Of a stretch of DNA of 64,000 nt, positions 63,940-64,000 are shown one piece after another. Both the position numbers and the translations under genes were made by a program. Within the stretch, counting starts at the first letter, position 1. The number at the start of each line of letters is the position of its first letter. Location: the NCBI GenBank assembly GCA_030753015.1, contig JASMDC010000012.1:28734-92733 (forward strand). The letters run 5' to 3'. Origin of the DNA: Candidatus Undinarchaeales archaeon (GTDB taxonomy: Archaea > SpSt-1190 > JASMDC01). The notes under the pieces are model-generated. The model was not told where the DNA came from. It saw only the letters and a list, made by a program, of their open reading frames with translations, and ran no database searches.

Positions 63940-64000
63940 CTAACCTTTTCTCGGCTCCAATCCCTTGTCCTCTTCGACAGTCAGGTCGACCACCCAGTTG
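63940..64000 (-). CDS. 3' end of a minus-strand ORF continuing beyond the window
   Basis: ...NWVVDLTVEEDKGLEPRKG-TAG (63940-63942); too short to identify. Confidence 0.35.
   Translation of the reverse strand, partial: NWVVDLTVEEDKGLEPRKG

Noticed and set aside
1-64000. Genome-wide TAG recoding, prompted by the amber codon at 33238
   Set aside because: Rubredoxin, ZPR1, YbjQ and GatC end at TAG at family-typical lengths, so TAG acts as a stop.

Overview
GC-rich (roughly 60% by eye) chromosomal window from an archaeon. Evidence for this: Pus10, a single-domain ZPR1 protein, an intron-containing tRNA-Trp without encoded CCA, TATA-type promoters and GGTGA-type ribosome sites. The organism is most likely an uncultured anaerobe. 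From left to right the window holds: a MacB-type ABC/COG1361 operon with two GbsR-like regulators; a 1204-aa secreted coiled-coil protein; tRNA-Trp; a 10-kb divergent PerR-controlled redox/Fe-S island; a GT4 gene pair; a giant cell-wall-binding-repeat-2 (CWB2) surface protein; Pus10; a block rich in membrane-anchored regulators and intramembrane proteases; gatCAB; an acyl-CoA synthetase; adk; an Ig/DUF11-like protein; a second giant, very Cys-rich CWB2 protein; a two-subunit fumarase; and an alpha-solenoid protein that may be cut by an IS end at the right edge. No rRNA, CRISPR array or prophage was seen. The strongest leads are four. (1) A DsrE-IscS-IscU operon whose IscS lacks the PLP lysine, with TusA in the same island, suggesting sulfur-carrier-fed Fe-S assembly. 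(2) Two paralogous giant surface proteins with a shared anchor, different stalks and disulfide-rich tips. (3) An OFOR beta subunit missing one cluster Cys. (4) A hidden TAG-interrupted Cys-motif ORF coupled to a DUF4405 gene. Family assignments come from motif recognition, not database searches.
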